Positions 30,833 to 43,200 of a stretch of 64,000 nt of DNA are shown in pieces; within the stretch, counting starts at the first letter, position 1; each line of letters opens with the position of its first letter. A program made the position numbers and the translations under genes. The notes beneath the pieces are model-generated. The model was not told the origin of the DNA, did no database searches, and saw nothing but the letters and a program-made list of their open reading frames with translations. The DNA lies in the NCBI GenBank assembly GCA_046045965.1, contig JBJOKS010000007.1, forward strand, positions 32,001-96,000. The letters are read 5' to 3'. This stretch comes from Cyanobacteriota bacterium. Its GTDB lineage: Bacteria; Cyanobacteriota; Cyanobacteriia; Cyanobacteriales; Nostocaceae.

Positions 30833-32143
30833 ATGGGAAAGTTCGGTTATCTTAATAGTTGTTACATTGGGAAAATACCTGCAATGAAAGGCTCATTTTT
30901 TACTCGAAATACAAGATTAATCGCCCAAAAAATTACAGAATATTGGCACTCCTTTAATAACTGGTTTTTCAACACTCCAGCAAGAGCTATATTAGAAGCT
31001 TATCAAGCTGCACAAGAGATTAAAAATATTGAGATTGAGCAATTTTGTGGACAAAAAATCTCTCCCGACTCAGGGAATTATAGTGAAAACGTGATGGCGT
31101 TTTGGCAAGGAAATCTCAATAGGAATTTAGCTATTATCAAAGTGAGACTAGCAGAATTTCAATTAGGGCTTACCTTTGCCAATAATTCAGATCCAAGCTT
31201 ATTAGAAAAGCTCAAGTTTATTGATGAGGTTATATCTAAATATAACACAGAAGTTGAACCAAATATAGAACCCTTAAACATTAATACTCAACCAGTTGAA
31301 AATCAGTCAAATGTAGTAGATAGAGATATTGTTGAGCCATCTAACACTCAAAAACTAGGTTTTTTCCCTAGTTCAATTGGTAGAACATTTAAGGTTATTA
31401 CCAAAGAATTTAGACCAAAAGCAGAAGAAGAATTTGTGATAAATTATCGAATTTCTAGAAACAGGACAAGAAGAGCAATTAAATTTTTATTACTGCTAAT
31501 TATTGTACCATTATTAAGCCAACATTTTTCTAAAGAATTATTAGTAAGACCTCTATTAAAAAACTTCATTCTTGAAAATAACACCCATTTTTTTTTGAAT
31601 TCAGAGATGGAGGAAAAAGCACTAAATGAATTAAATAAATTCGAGAAAGAATTGCAATTTCAAAAGCTATTGCATCAAGCACCAGAACTTTCCTCAGAAG
31701 AAATTGAAGCCAAGATAAAAACTAAAGCTCTGGAGATAGCCGAAGAATTTCGCTATAAAAGTAGCAGTGCTGTCAGTAATGTATTTGCTGATGTGATATC
31801 CTTAATTTCCTTTGCTATGGTTATTGTTTTCAGCCAAAAAGATATTGTTTTTGTTCAGTCGCTTCTAGATAAAATAGTCTATGGTTTAAGCGACAGTGCT
31901 AAGGCATTTTTGATTATTTTGCTAACTGATATATTCGTTGGTTTCCACTCCCCACATGGGTGGGAAATTCTTTTAGAAGGTTTAGCAGTTCATTTGGGTT
32001 TACCAGCAAATAGAAACACCATATTTCTGTTTATTGCCACATTTCCAGTAATTTTAAACACTATATTTAAATATTGGATTTTCCGTTATCTCAGTCGTTT
32101 GTCTCCTTCAGCATTAGCAACATTAAAAGAAATGGATGAATAA
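30833..32143 (+). CDS. pcxA: Proton extrusion protein PcxA (CemA family)
   Basis: YGLSDSAKAFLIILLTDIFVGFHSPHGWE, ATFPVILNTIFKYWIF. The true start may be 30884. Confidence 0.9.
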   Translation: MGKFGYLNSCYIGKIPAMKGSFFTRNTRLIAQKITEYWHSFNNWFFNTPARAILEAYQAAQEIKNIEIEQFCGQKISPDSGNYSENVMAFWQGNLNRNLAIIKVRLAEFQLGLTFANNSDPSLLEKLKFIDEVISKYNTEVEPNIEPLNINTQPVENQSNVVDRDIVEPSNTQKLGFFPSSIGRTFKVITKEFRPKAEEEFVINYRISRNRTRRAIKFLLLLIIVPLLSQHFSKELLVRPLLKNFILENNTHFFLNSEMEEKALNELNKFEKELQFQKLLHQAPELSSEEIEAKIKTKALEIAEEFRYKSSSAVSNVFADVISLISFAMVIVFSQKDIVFVQSLLDKIVYGLSDSAKAFLIILLTDIFVGFHSPHGWEILLEGLAVHLGLPANRNTIFLFIATFPVILNTIFKYWIFRYLSRLSPSALATLKEMDE

Positions 32144-32413
32144 TTGAGAATTTTTAGGAGTGAGGAGTGAGGAGTGAGGATAATTGTAAAATTAGTATCA
32201 GTTATTAATAATTTTGTCAAGATCCCAATAATTTTTCATGAATTCCTAGAAAGATTTAGTGCAGAATTTCAGGTTATCTGCTAATAATTAGGGTTAATAA
32301 TTGCTTTTGTGGTGAAAGATAAAAGTGATTACTAATACAGATGGGTGATGCAATATTAAGCATTACCTCTAGGATAAAAATCAATTTAGAAGTTTAGTTC
32401 CCGACTTAGGCTT

Positions 32414-33613
32414 ATGAGTATCTTATTCAATCGTAAATTTCAAATTTCAACAGGTCTTGTTACCTTCTTTCTGGTTATTTTAGCTCATCAACATCTATAT
32501 GCACAACCAGAAACTCAGCAACTAATCACGCAACAACAAATTACACAAACTCAACCTCAGAAACAAGCTACATCTATATTCTATTCTGTCATTGATGAAT
32601 GGCAAAAATATAAATATAGTGTCAATGGCAAACACGTTTTAAAATCTGTGAAATTGCCAAATGCTAAAGTTAATTTTAATCAAGCTGATTTATTAACAGT
32701 TCTCACTAATACGAGGAAATATTTTCAAGATCACAATCAAAATGACCCTACTATCGCCAGAAATGGACTGCTATTAAGTCAAGGAGTTACAGTAGAAGAC
32801 GTTCTCAAAACCTTGGATTTTATGATTACTGTCTTAGAGGAGGATATTAGCAATAATAGACCTACGCGGTTACAAGATCCTAATTTTATCAATGCTAATT
32901 TTCGAGTAATTAAATGGACTGCCTCTAATCCTGATCAACCAAAACAAAAACAACTTAGAATTACAAAATATGCTGTTTTTATTCATACTGGTTCTCGTAC
33001 CAAAACATCTAAATACAATATACCAATTTATAGCTTAAAAGACGATTTAGCTGGGGATAAATTCTACACCAAATACACAAAACAAGATGTTTTGTCAGGT
33101 ATTTATGAACCTGGTGGTAAAGAATTTGGTAAAGTCGAACCTTTGGCTTATCTCACCCGTGCAGGTTTAGAAGAAGCATTATTGCAGGGAACAATCTTGA
33201 TTAATTTTACAGATGGTACAAAAGCATTTTTTAATGTAGATAGAAACAATGGAATATCTTATGTAAGAGGAGTAAAAGCTACAGCACAAAAGCGTTATTG
33301 GTATTTTAGACAAGTTGATCAAATTAAAGGTTATGGACATAAAATAGATGCGAAAATTTCTATTAAACCAGGTGTAACTTTTGCTGGGGATGTCCTAAAT
33401 ATTGGTTTAGGAAGAGTGATACTAATGGAATATAATCAAGGTGGAAGTAAGCGCCTACAAATGGGGGTAATGGCAGATACAGGAGGCGCTTTTTTACCAA
33501 ATTTACATCAATTAGATTACTTAGCAGGTATTTTTCAGAATCAAAAAGAATTTAGGCAGTATATCCAAAAATTACCTGAATATGCTAACGCTTATATTTT
33601 GGTGAAGAAGTGA
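32414..33613 (+). CDS. Exported MltA/3D-domain-like putative lytic transglycosylase
   Basis: Signal peptide; C-terminal ADTGGAF...LDYLAG resembles the 3D domain; EEALLQGT and NG..Y resemble MltA. Confidence 0.6.
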   Translation: MSILFNRKFQISTGLVTFFLVILAHQHLYAQPETQQLITQQQITQTQPQKQATSIFYSVIDEWQKYKYSVNGKHVLKSVKLPNAKVNFNQADLLTVLTNTRKYFQDHNQNDPTIARNGLLLSQGVTVEDVLKTLDFMITVLEEDISNNRPTRLQDPNFINANFRVIKWTASNPDQPKQKQLRITKYAVFIHTGSRTKTSKYNIPIYSLKDDLAGDKFYTKYTKQDVLSGIYEPGGKEFGKVEPLAYLTRAGLEEALLQGTILINFTDGTKAFFNVDRNNGISYVRGVKATAQKRYWYFRQVDQIKGYGHKIDAKISIKPGVTFAGDVLNIGLGRVILMEYNQGGSKRLQMGVMADTGGAFLPNLHQLDYLAGIFQNQKEFRQYIQKLPEYANAYILVKK

Positions 33614-33628
33614 AAATTATTTAAGAAT

Positions 33629-33660
<32 letters not shown>

Positions 33661-33689
33661 AAAAGAATAACGCAAGGTAACTATATTGC

Positions 33690-34055
33690 TTATTCACGGG
33701 TTAAAAGTTCCAAATTATGACCGTCAATGTCATAAAAATAAAAGCCACGTCCTCCGTTTCTATGGTTAATTTGACCTTTATTTTCGTGCATGGGGTCGCT
33801 ACTGTATTCTAAACCAGCTTGTTTTACCCGTGCAAAAATTTCATCAAATTCTTGATCACTGACATGGAACGCATAATGATGTGATTCAAAATTTTCTCTA
33901 TCAGCAAAATCTAAAGTCAGTTTATCGTTAACATGAACAGCAGCAAAGTGACCAATGGGAGACTCAACTTTTAGTCCAAAAATCTCCGCAAAGAAACGTG
34001 CTGCTGCTTCTTTGTCTTGTGCGGGTACTATGGTATGATTGAGGGTAATTGTCAT
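33690..34055 (-). CDS. VOC / glyoxalase family protein
   Basis: LNHTIV, HYAFHV, GGRGFYFYDIDGHNLELLT. Confidence 0.9.
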   Translation of the reverse strand: MTITLNHTIVPAQDKEAAARFFAEIFGLKVESPIGHFAAVHVNDKLTLDFADRENFESHHYAFHVSDQEFDEIFARVKQAGLEYSSDPMHENKGQINHRNGGRGFYFYDIDGHNLELLTRE

Positions 34056-34178
34056 TTCAAACCTCCGTTTTCAATTACTAAACTAGGTTTTGAGGCTGGA
34101 AGTTGTTATTTGAAAAAGAGAAAAATTTAAAAGGTTAATGATGTAAAAACCGCAGATTAAAATGCGGCTTTCACTCCT

Positions 34179-34206
34179 GTACGGGCGAACGGCCGTTCGC
34201 CCCTCC
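34179..34206. repeat. REP-like hairpin (GTACGGGCGAACGGCCGTTCGCCCCT)
   Basis: GGGCGAACGG/CCGTTCGCCC palindrome with a GTA- tail; related hairpins at about 56366-56388 and 58384-58410. Confidence 0.6.
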
Positions 34207-34235
34207 TGACTCCTGAATTCTACTTTTATGTTAAT

Positions 34236-34607
34236 TCATTCTTCCAGTGATTTGGCTGTAACTTCAATTGCTGTTACATCAATTGTACCTTCTGGTGCGA
34301 AACGGCTAAATTGACTATTTTTTACTAATAGCTGTTCTCCGCAATTTTGACACTGCAATTGGCTATTATTTAAACCTGTTGATTCAAATCCACAAACGGG
34401 ACACTTATCAGTAACTAAGTTGCGTTGTAGCCACCAGCGAAATCCGAAAAATGCAATAATTGGTATTATTAACAACAGCCCAAAAATAATTAGCAAGGAA
34501 TTCACTAACCAGCCTAAGCCTAATGATGCTAATAACCAAGCTACTGCTAATAGAGTCAGCCAAGGACGGAGTTTATCAAGATTAATTTGCAAGTTATTAA
34601 GGCTCAT
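34236..34607 (-). CDS. Conserved membrane protein with Zn-ribbon
   Basis: Two TM helices, then CPVC...CQNC, and C-terminal GTIDV. Confidence 0.8.
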   Translation of the reverse strand: MSLNNLQINLDKLRPWLTLLAVAWLLASLGLGWLVNSLLIIFGLLLIIPIIAFFGFRWWLQRNLVTDKCPVCGFESTGLNNSQLQCQNCGEQLLVKNSQFSRFAPEGTIDVTAIEVTAKSLEE

Positions 34608-34742
34608 TTCTCAAATTTTTTCTACTCTATTTTTATTTTAGTTATTATTTGTCAGTTATCAGTGGTAACAGGTAACAGGGAAAAATTAAGTCAAAAGTCA
34701 AAATTAATAACTTCTGCATCCTGACTCCTGACTCCTGACTCC

Positions 34743-35855
34743 TCACAATTGCAACATTTGTTGTAGACGTTGTTGAAAAGCTTCTATTCCAAAAATAGCG
34801 ATCGCTTGTTCTCGCAACCATTTACCATCACAACGTTGATCATTACCTTGGAGAATTTCTATACAAGCTGCTGCGACTGCATCGGGGTTGCGGTGTGGTA
34901 CTCTCCATCCTAGTTTACCATCTTGCAAGGGGTCAGCTGAACCATCATCATCACCAGATAATACTGGGACACCACAGGCCATTGCTTCTAGGTAAACAAT
35001 GCCAAAACCTTCTTGAGAAGGCATAATATAGGCATCAGCTAAACGGTAGTGTAACATCAATGCTTCCGTAGGCACAAACCCAGCAAAGATCACGCGATCG
35101 CTCACACCTAAATCTTCTGCTAATTGTGCTAATCTCGGTTGGTCATCTCCACGACCAATTACTAAATATTTGACTTCTGGAAACACCTGGATAATTTGCG
35201 GTAAAGCTCTAATTGTGACATCTACACCTTTATAAATATCCCCAGACCACAACCGCGCTACAGTCATTAATACCTTGGCATTATTTAAGCCATATTTCTC
35301 CATCAGTTCCGGTGCTTTATCTCCAGGAGTAAATTTATTCCCATCAATAGCACAAGGTAACATTTGTACTTTTTTCGGGTCAATACCATTAGCAGCACAA
35401 GCTTGATCTCGACTATAACGGCTAATTGTCCAAATTTTAGCAGCTGAAGCTAAAGCACGTCTTTCTGAATTTTTTAGTGGTTCCCAGACTTCTTTACCAT
35501 AAGTTAGCACAGTATAAGGAATCCCCAAAAGCTGACAAAAGGTTTGTATCAGTCCTGCTAATTTAATATGACCACAAAAAACTCTTTGCGGTCGTTTTTG
35601 CAGCAGATATCGAAGTAAAGCTAAAGCCATTTTCACCCTACCTATTTTGGCAGAGTTGCTTTTAAAATAATGAAATTTTAAATTTTCTGATGCAAAAGGA
35701 TTAACACAATTAGGACTATCCCGCAACAAAAATACATCCGCTTTGCAGGTTCCGTTTAATCCTAAATAGGCGCGAAAAATATCCTTAACATAGGATTGAA
35801 TTCCACCTTCAAGGGTAAAAATTTCTAAGAATACAAATAAATGATTATTAGCCAC
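34743..35855 (-). CDS. Glycosyltransferase family 4
   Basis: GGIQSY, YKGVD, EGFGIVYLEAMACG. Start probably GTG 35855; the longer N-terminus is translated STRR. Confidence 0.9.
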   Translation of the reverse strand: MANNHLFVFLEIFTLEGGIQSYVKDIFRAYLGLNGTCKADVFLLRDSPNCVNPFASENLKFHYFKSNSAKIGRVKMALALLRYLLQKRPQRVFCGHIKLAGLIQTFCQLLGIPYTVLTYGKEVWEPLKNSERRALASAAKIWTISRYSRDQACAANGIDPKKVQMLPCAIDGNKFTPGDKAPELMEKYGLNNAKVLMTVARLWSGDIYKGVDVTIRALPQIIQVFPEVKYLVIGRGDDQPRLAQLAEDLGVSDRVIFAGFVPTEALMLHYRLADAYIMPSQEGFGIVYLEAMACGVPVLSGDDDGSADPLQDGKLGWRVPHRNPDAVAAACIEILQGNDQRCDGKWLREQAIAIFGIEAFQQRLQQMLQL

Positions 35856-35879
35856 TTTAGTAATGTAAATTTCTAGATG

Positions 35880-35999
35880 GGGGACTGGGGACTGGGAATA
35901 AAGCAGGGGAAGCAGGGGAAGAATAACTAATGACCAATTACCAATTACCAATTACCAATTACCAATTACCTATTACCTATTACCTATTACCTATTACCT
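35880..35999. repeat. Compound STRR heptamer array (GGGGACT, ACCAATT, ATTACCT)
   Basis: Tandem heptamers. Similar arrays at about 19-37, 2051-2080, 5474-5503, 28129-28170, 33630-33660, 34720-34743, 48728-48770 and 54412-54443. Confidence 0.9.
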
Positions 36000-36000
36000 G

Positions 36001-36963
36001 TTAACTGTTTAAATATTCCAAATCTGTTTTTACCATGTTTTCCAAAAGTTGCTCAAAACTAACTTGCGGTTCCCAACCCAGATTATTTTTGGCTTTACTG
36101 GGGTTAGCTACTAATTGAAAATGTTCATCGGCTCGTAATAAATTAGTATTAACAATTACATATTTTTCCCAGTCCAGTCCTACAGAATCAAAAGCTGTAG
36201 CGATTAATTCCTTAACACTGTGAAGTTTACCCGTACCAATCACGTATTCTTCTGGTTCATCAGCTTGCAACATTCGCCACATAGCATTAACATGATCTCC
36301 AGCAAAACCCCAATCACGTTTAGCATCTAAGTTACCCATTTCTAGGGTTGCTGCTAAACCCAATTTAATTGATGCTACCGCTAAAGAAACTTTGCGGGTA
36401 ACAAACTGAGGCGGACGCAAAGGCGATTCATGGTTATATAAAATACCACTACAAGCAAATAGACCATAACGCTGTCGGTGATGTACCATCGTCCAATGAG
36501 CGTGTAATTTTGCTGCTGCATAGGGATTTTTGGGACGGAAGGGAGTTTCTTCATCCTGGGGAGCAGTAGTCACATCACCGAACATTTCCGAACTGCTGGC
36601 TTGATAAAACCTTGTAGATAAACCAACTTGGCGAATTGCATCTAATAATCTTGTAGCAGTACCTGTGATCAGATCCAGAGTTCCCAGAGGATCATTCCAA
36701 GAGTCGGGAACAAAACTAGGAGCAGCTAAATTATAAATTTCCTGGGGTTGTAGCTGTTCGACAACAGTTAATAAACCCGCACTATCTCTTAAATCAACGG
36801 TGTAAATTTTTACTTTATCTCTTAAAATTCCCAGTTTTGACAAGTTAGGTTGTCGGTGGGGAGATACCAAGCCTACAACTCGGTAATGTTGACTAAGTAA
36901 TAAATGGCTGAGATAGTAACCATCTTGACCTGTAATACCTGTGATTAAAGCTGTTTTTGCCAT
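36001..36963 (-). CDS. gmd: GDP-mannose 4,6-dehydratase
   Basis: ALITGITGQDG, YNLAA, QASSSEMFG, PYAAAK, NHESP, RDWG. Start at ATG 36963. Confidence 0.92.
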   Translation of the reverse strand: MAKTALITGITGQDGYYLSHLLLSQHYRVVGLVSPHRQPNLSKLGILRDKVKIYTVDLRDSAGLLTVVEQLQPQEIYNLAAPSFVPDSWNDPLGTLDLITGTATRLLDAIRQVGLSTRFYQASSSEMFGDVTTAPQDEETPFRPKNPYAAAKLHAHWTMVHHRQRYGLFACSGILYNHESPLRPPQFVTRKVSLAVASIKLGLAATLEMGNLDAKRDWGFAGDHVNAMWRMLQADEPEEYVIGTGKLHSVKELIATAFDSVGLDWEKYVIVNTNLLRADEHFQLVANPSKAKNNLGWEPQVSFEQLLENMVKTDLEYLNS

Positions 36964-37288
36964 AAAATACTGCCGTATACTTACATATTCCGCATCTTGG
37001 AGAAGTATTTTCGAGAAGTTTCCAGAATTTACCCAAGAGGTTCTCCTTTGTAAATTGGAAACATCCCAATCAGGGATAGTTGAAGATGATATTACACCTA
37101 TCACAAACTAAAATAGACAATTATAGCAGTATGCAATTCAGATATCCTCATTGCTGGCAATTTTGCCGTTAATTAACCCTACTGGTAGCGTATCTTAAAA
37201 TCATGGTGCTTGGTGCTAGAAATTTATGTTTTTAATCTTACTTCATACTCACAGCAATAACAGTATCTCTAATTGATGGCTTTTATTT

Positions 37289-40200
37289 ATGGTATTAGTC
37301 ACTTTACAGGAAATGACTCGGCTGGGGGAGGTAATCATAAACTCTCCCTTAACTGTTTCATCAGATGCAACCGTCACTGAGGCGATATTGCAGATGAGTA
37401 CAGCACGGGCAAGCTGTTCCTTAACAGATGATACAGATGATATTGATGCAGATAGCAATCTGTTTTTAGCAGAAGCTCGTGCCAGTTGCGTTCTAGTGGT
37501 AGATAGAACTAAGGTTTTAGGAATTTTTACTGAAAGGGATGTTATCCATCTCAGAGCCAATGGTTATCAACTGACACAGACAACCATTACTAATGTCATG
37601 ACTCAACCAGTAATCACATTGCGGCAATCGGACTTTACTGATATATTTGCTGCACTCAACCTGTTACAACAACATCACATCCGTCATTTGCCCATAGTTG
37701 ATGACAATGACCAATTGATCGGGCTTGTCACCCATGAAAGCCTACGTCAGATGCTGCGTCCAATTGATTTACTGCGGTTGCGTCTGGTGTCAGAAATAAT
37801 GAATACAGATGTGATTTGTGCAGCACCAGAAACATCAGTATTAGACCTGACCAGGTTAATGGCAGAACATCGGGTTAGTTCAGTGGTAATTGTCGCAGCG
37901 GATGATGATACTCGTGCCATTGGGATAGTCACTGAAAGAGATATTGTTCAATTTCATGCCTTAGATTTGTCATTTGACAAAATTAAAGCCTTAGAGGTGA
38001 TGAGTAGTCCTCTGTTTACCGTCAGTCCTGATGATTCCCTGTGGGAAGCGCGATCGCTCATGCAGGAAAAACAATTAAATCGGGTGGTAGTCACAGACAA
38101 TCACGGACAATTATTGGGTATTGTGACACAAACTACACTGTTGCAAGCCTTGAACCCAGTGGAAATTTACAAGTTAGTAGAAACCCTAGAGCAGAAACTG
38201 TGCCGACTAGAAAAAGAAAAGCTGGAATTGCTGGAAAACCGCAATGCTGAATTAGAGCAGGAGGTAGAGAAACGGACAGCAGAACTGAGAAACCAGGCAG
38301 AAAAGGAAAAATTATTGAGTTCCATCGCTAGTCGCATCAGGTCTTCCTTAGACTTACAGCAGACACTAAATGCCATTGTTAACGAAGTGCGGACATTTTT
38401 GCAGTGCGATCGCGTTTTTATCTATCAGTTTAACCTAGATTGGACTGGTATAATTGTTGCCGAATCAGTAATTGAAAATCATGAATCTTTCCTCAACCAA
38501 GTCATTCACGACCCTTGTTTTGCAGCCAATTGGATAGATCCTTATCTTAATGGAAGAGTTCGGGTAGTAACTGATATTTATCAAGCTAACTTGGCTCCCT
38601 GTCATATTGAACTATTAGAACAAATCAAAACCCGTGCTAAAATCCTTGTCCCCATTGTTCAAGAAAGACAACTTTGGGGGTTATTAAGTGCCACCCAAAA
38701 AGATCATCCACGAGACTGGCAAGAGTTAGAAGTAAATCTCCTCCAACAGCTTGCCACACAAATAGGCATCTCTATCCAGCAAGCCGATATTTACAGACAG
38801 CTGAAAACCGAACTAGCAGAACGCAAACAAGCACAAGCTGATCTCCAGGCTTTGGTGGAAGGTGCAGCCGCAGTCACAGGTAAGGACTTTTTCAGCTTAT
38901 TACTGGAGTACATTACCACCTTCTTGGGCTATCGCTACGGTCTCATCGCCACAAAAAACGGTGAATATTACCAAACTGCGGCATTTTGGGTCAACGGAAA
39001 CATCCAAACTAATATCTCTGGCTTGTTAGAAGGGATGCCTTGTAATTTGACCATAAAACAAGGTAATTTTTGCTGTATCTGCGACCTCCAGCAACATTTC
39101 CCCAACGAAACTTTCAAAGAATTGGCAGCCGAGAGTTACGTGGGTGTAGCGATCAAGTCCACAGAAGGAGAGACTTTAGGTAGCCTTTGTGTATTAGATG
39201 ATAAACCCTTGGTAGATGCTTCTAGAGCGATCGCTATCTTACAAGTATTTGCAGCACGAGTTGGGGCAGAATTAGAGCGTCAGCAGGCAATGACCGCACT
39301 CGAACAACTTAACCAGGAATTAGAACTCAAAGTTGAGGAACGCACAGCCGAACTGCGCCAAAGTCAAGAACGCTGGGAACTGGCACTACGAGGTAGTAAT
39401 GACGGCATTTGGGATTGGAACATCAAAACCAATCAAGTTTTCTATTCCACCCGCTGGAAACAAATGCGAGGATTTGCGGATGATGAAATCGGCTCTCATC
39501 TGCAAGAATGGTCAAATCTGATTCATGGTGATGATTATGACCGGGTAATGATCGCCCTTGCAGATCACCTGGCTCACAAAACTCCCTTCTTCCAAGAAGA
39601 ATATCGAGTACAGCGCAAAGATGGCTCCTATATGTGGGTGCTAGATCGCAGACAAGCTTGGTGGGATGAACAAGGTAATATCCTTCGTATGGTGGGTTCA
39701 GAAAGCGATATTACCAGTCGCAAACAAGCTGAAGCTGAATTACTTGCTATCACCAGTCTGCAACAAGCAATTTTCAATGGTATTGACTATTCCGTGATCT
39801 TCACCAACCCAGAAGGTATCATCCAAACCTTTAATGCCGCTGCGGAAAAGATGTTAGGCTACACCGCAAAAGAGGTAATTGGTAAATTTAGTCCCCTACA
39901 GTTTCATGACCAAGACGAATTGCAACAGCAAGCAGCCACTATCTCAGAAATATGGGGTAGGAATATCACGCCAGGTATGGGAGTTTTTCTCACCACAGCT
40001 ATACAAGGAATTCCTCACGAACAAGAATGGACTTATATTCGTAAAGATGGCTCCCGGTTTCCGGTGTTGCTTTCTGTGACAACTCTCTACGACGATCAAC
40101 AACAAATTATCGGCTTTGTCGGTATTGCTAAAGATATTACCGCTAAAAAACAAGCAGATGAAAAACTGCGCCGGACTATCAAAGAATTATCAGATTTTAA

Positions 40201-43200
40201 ATATGCCTTGGACCAAGCGGCCATTGTGGCTATTACCGACTCTGAGGGTACTATTACCTATGCCAACGAAAAATTTAGCCAGATTTCCCAATATTCTCCC
40301 ACGGAATTAATTGGTCACACCCATAAACTTGTAAATTCTGGCTATCACTCCAGGGAATTCTTTGCTGAACTTTGGTCTACTATTTCTAGCGGTAATGTGT
40401 GGCGGGGTGAAGTTAAAAATCGCAGCAAGGATGGGAGTTACTACTGGGTAGACACTACCATAGTTCCCTTTCTCAATGACCAAGGAAAACCTGTACAGTA
40501 TTTAGCCATCCGCACTGATATCACGGCTCGCAAACAAGCAGAAATTGCTTTGCAAGAAAGCCAGCGTTTTGCTCAAAGTATTGCTGACAGTTCCCCTAAT
40601 ATCCTCTATATCCACGATTTTATCACTCAGCAAAACCTCTACATTAACCGGGAAATAACAACCATCCTGGGTTACACACCAGCGGATCTGCTGCGAATGG
40701 GGTTTGAGGTGTTACAACAAACATTTCATCCAGAGGACTTGATAGCTTACTTTGCACACCAACAGCAATTACAAACCGCAGCTGATGATGAAATTTTAGA
40801 AATTGAGTACCGTGTCCGTAATGTTGATGGTAAATGGCGCTGGCTTTCTGCCCGTGATGCCGTTTTTAAGAGAGATGTCCAAGGGCAGGTGATTCAATAT
40901 ATTGGTGTAGCACAAGATATTACTGAACGCAAAGAAGCGACAGCAGCTTTAGAGAAGTATGCACGGGAAGTTGAGGATCTCTACAATAATGCTCCCTGTG
41001 GTTATTATTCCCTGGACTCTGAAGGAATCATCACTGGGATTAATAATACTCAGTTGCAATGGTTGGGTTACACCCGCGAGGAAATCGTGGGACGAAAATA
41101 CATTGATTTTCTCACCCAAGAAGGTCGTCAAATCTTTAATGAAAACTATCCAAAATTTAAAGAGATCGGCTTTATTAAAGATTTAGAGTATTCTCTGATA
41201 CGTAAAGATGGCACGGTGTTACCAGTCCTCATCAATGCTACTGCTGTCAACAGTGCTGATGGAACTTATCTACATAGTCGCTCCACTGTTTTTGATATTA
41301 CTGACCGTAGAGAAGCTGAGAAAAAACTAAAACACCAATTAACTGTGATCGAGGCCGCTGTGGATGGGATCGCTATCCTGGAAAATAATATCTTTACTTA
41401 TGTCAACCAAGCACATTTGCAACTTTTTGGGTATGAACATTCCGCAGAATTACTCGGTAAAAATTGGCAACAATTATTATATTCTCTAGAAGAAAGCAGC
41501 CGCTTTGAGCAGGAAGTTTTTCCCATCTTAATGCAGCAGCGTCATTGGCAGGGGGAAGCGATCGCCACCCGTAAAGATGGTAGCACTTTCCATGAGGGAT
41601 TATCTTTAACACTGACAGAAGGAGGAACTTTGATTTGTGTTTGCCGAGATATTTCTGATGTTAAAAAAGCGGAACAGGAATTACGAACAATTAATGAAAG
41701 ATTAACTCTTACCAATGCCGAATTAGAACGTGCCACACGCTTGAAAGATGAGTTTTTGGCAAATATGAGTCATGAATTGCGAACGCCGCTAAATGCGATT
41801 TTAGGAATGTCTGAAGGTTTACAGGAAGAGGTATTTGGTTCTATTAACCCAGGACAACGTAAAGCGATCGCTACTATTGAACGCAGCGGTAGACACTTAC
41901 TAGAGTTAATCAACGATATCCTTGACCTGTCTAAGATTGAGTCTGGTAAGCTGGAACTGCAATTGTCATCTGTGCCAGTCAAAAACTTGACTGATACTAG
42001 TTTGCCTTTTGTCCGCCAACAAGCTATTAAGAAAAACATTCGCTTAACTGTTAGCATCCCCGATCATCTGGGTGAAATTGTTGTTGATGAACTTCGCATT
42101 TGTCAGGTATTAATTAACCTACTCAATAATGCCATTAAATTCACCCATGAAGGTGGTAATATCCGATTAGAAATTAAGTTAGAAGGTGCTTACCTGGTTA
42201 TTTCGGTAATTGATACAGGTATTGGTATTGCCTCAGATGATGCCAGTAAACTATTTAAACCCTTTGTGCAAGTAGATAGCAAATTAAGCCGTCAGTATAG
42301 TGGCACTGGTTTAGGACTGGCTCTAGTACGTCGCTTGGTTGAGCTACACGATGGCACAGTTGGGGTGACAAGTGAGCTTGGTAAAGGTAGTTGTTTTACC
42401 GTCAAGCTACCCTATCTTCAGCCTAGCAAGCCGGAAATGACCCATCCTACTGTCTTCCCTCAATGTAGTTTATCACCAGAAAATACAAAGGTATTAATTA
42501 TAGAGGATACGCCTACAGCGGCAGAACAGGTGAAACGCTACTTAGATGAGATAGGTATGGAGGGGGTAGTTTATCCCCAAGGTGAAGGAGCGATCGCGCA
42601 AATTCTCGCACACCAACCAGCATTCATAATTCTCGATATTCAACTTCCTCATCGGTCTGGTTGGGAAGTATTACAACTAATTAAGGCTCATCCAGAAACC
42701 CAAACTATTCCTGTAATTATCTTTTCAGTAGTGGATGAGCGATCGCGCGGTATCGAATTGGGGGCGGCTGAATATTTGATCAAACCTATTATTCGTCAAC
42801 AATTCCATCAGGTGATTAACCAACTGCGCCAACCTTCTATCACTACTACAAATCCAGAAAATATCACTGTTGAGGAGGTATCACCACCAAATAAACAATC
42901 ACCTGTAATTTTGATAGCGGAAGATAACGAGGCTAATATTGATACCATATCGAATTATTTAGAAAGTCGTGGTTATCGTCTACTGGTGGCGCAAAACGGA
43001 CAGGAAGCCATTAAATTAGCTAAAACTCATGCTCCTGATTTGATCTTAATGGATATTCAAATGCCACATATGGACGGTCTAGAAGCTACTCGTTTGATTC
43101 GTGCGGATCAAGATTTAGCTAACATTCCCATTATTGCTTTGACTGGTTTAGCCATGCCTAGCGATCAGGAAAAATGCCTTCAGGCAGGAGCTAATGAATA

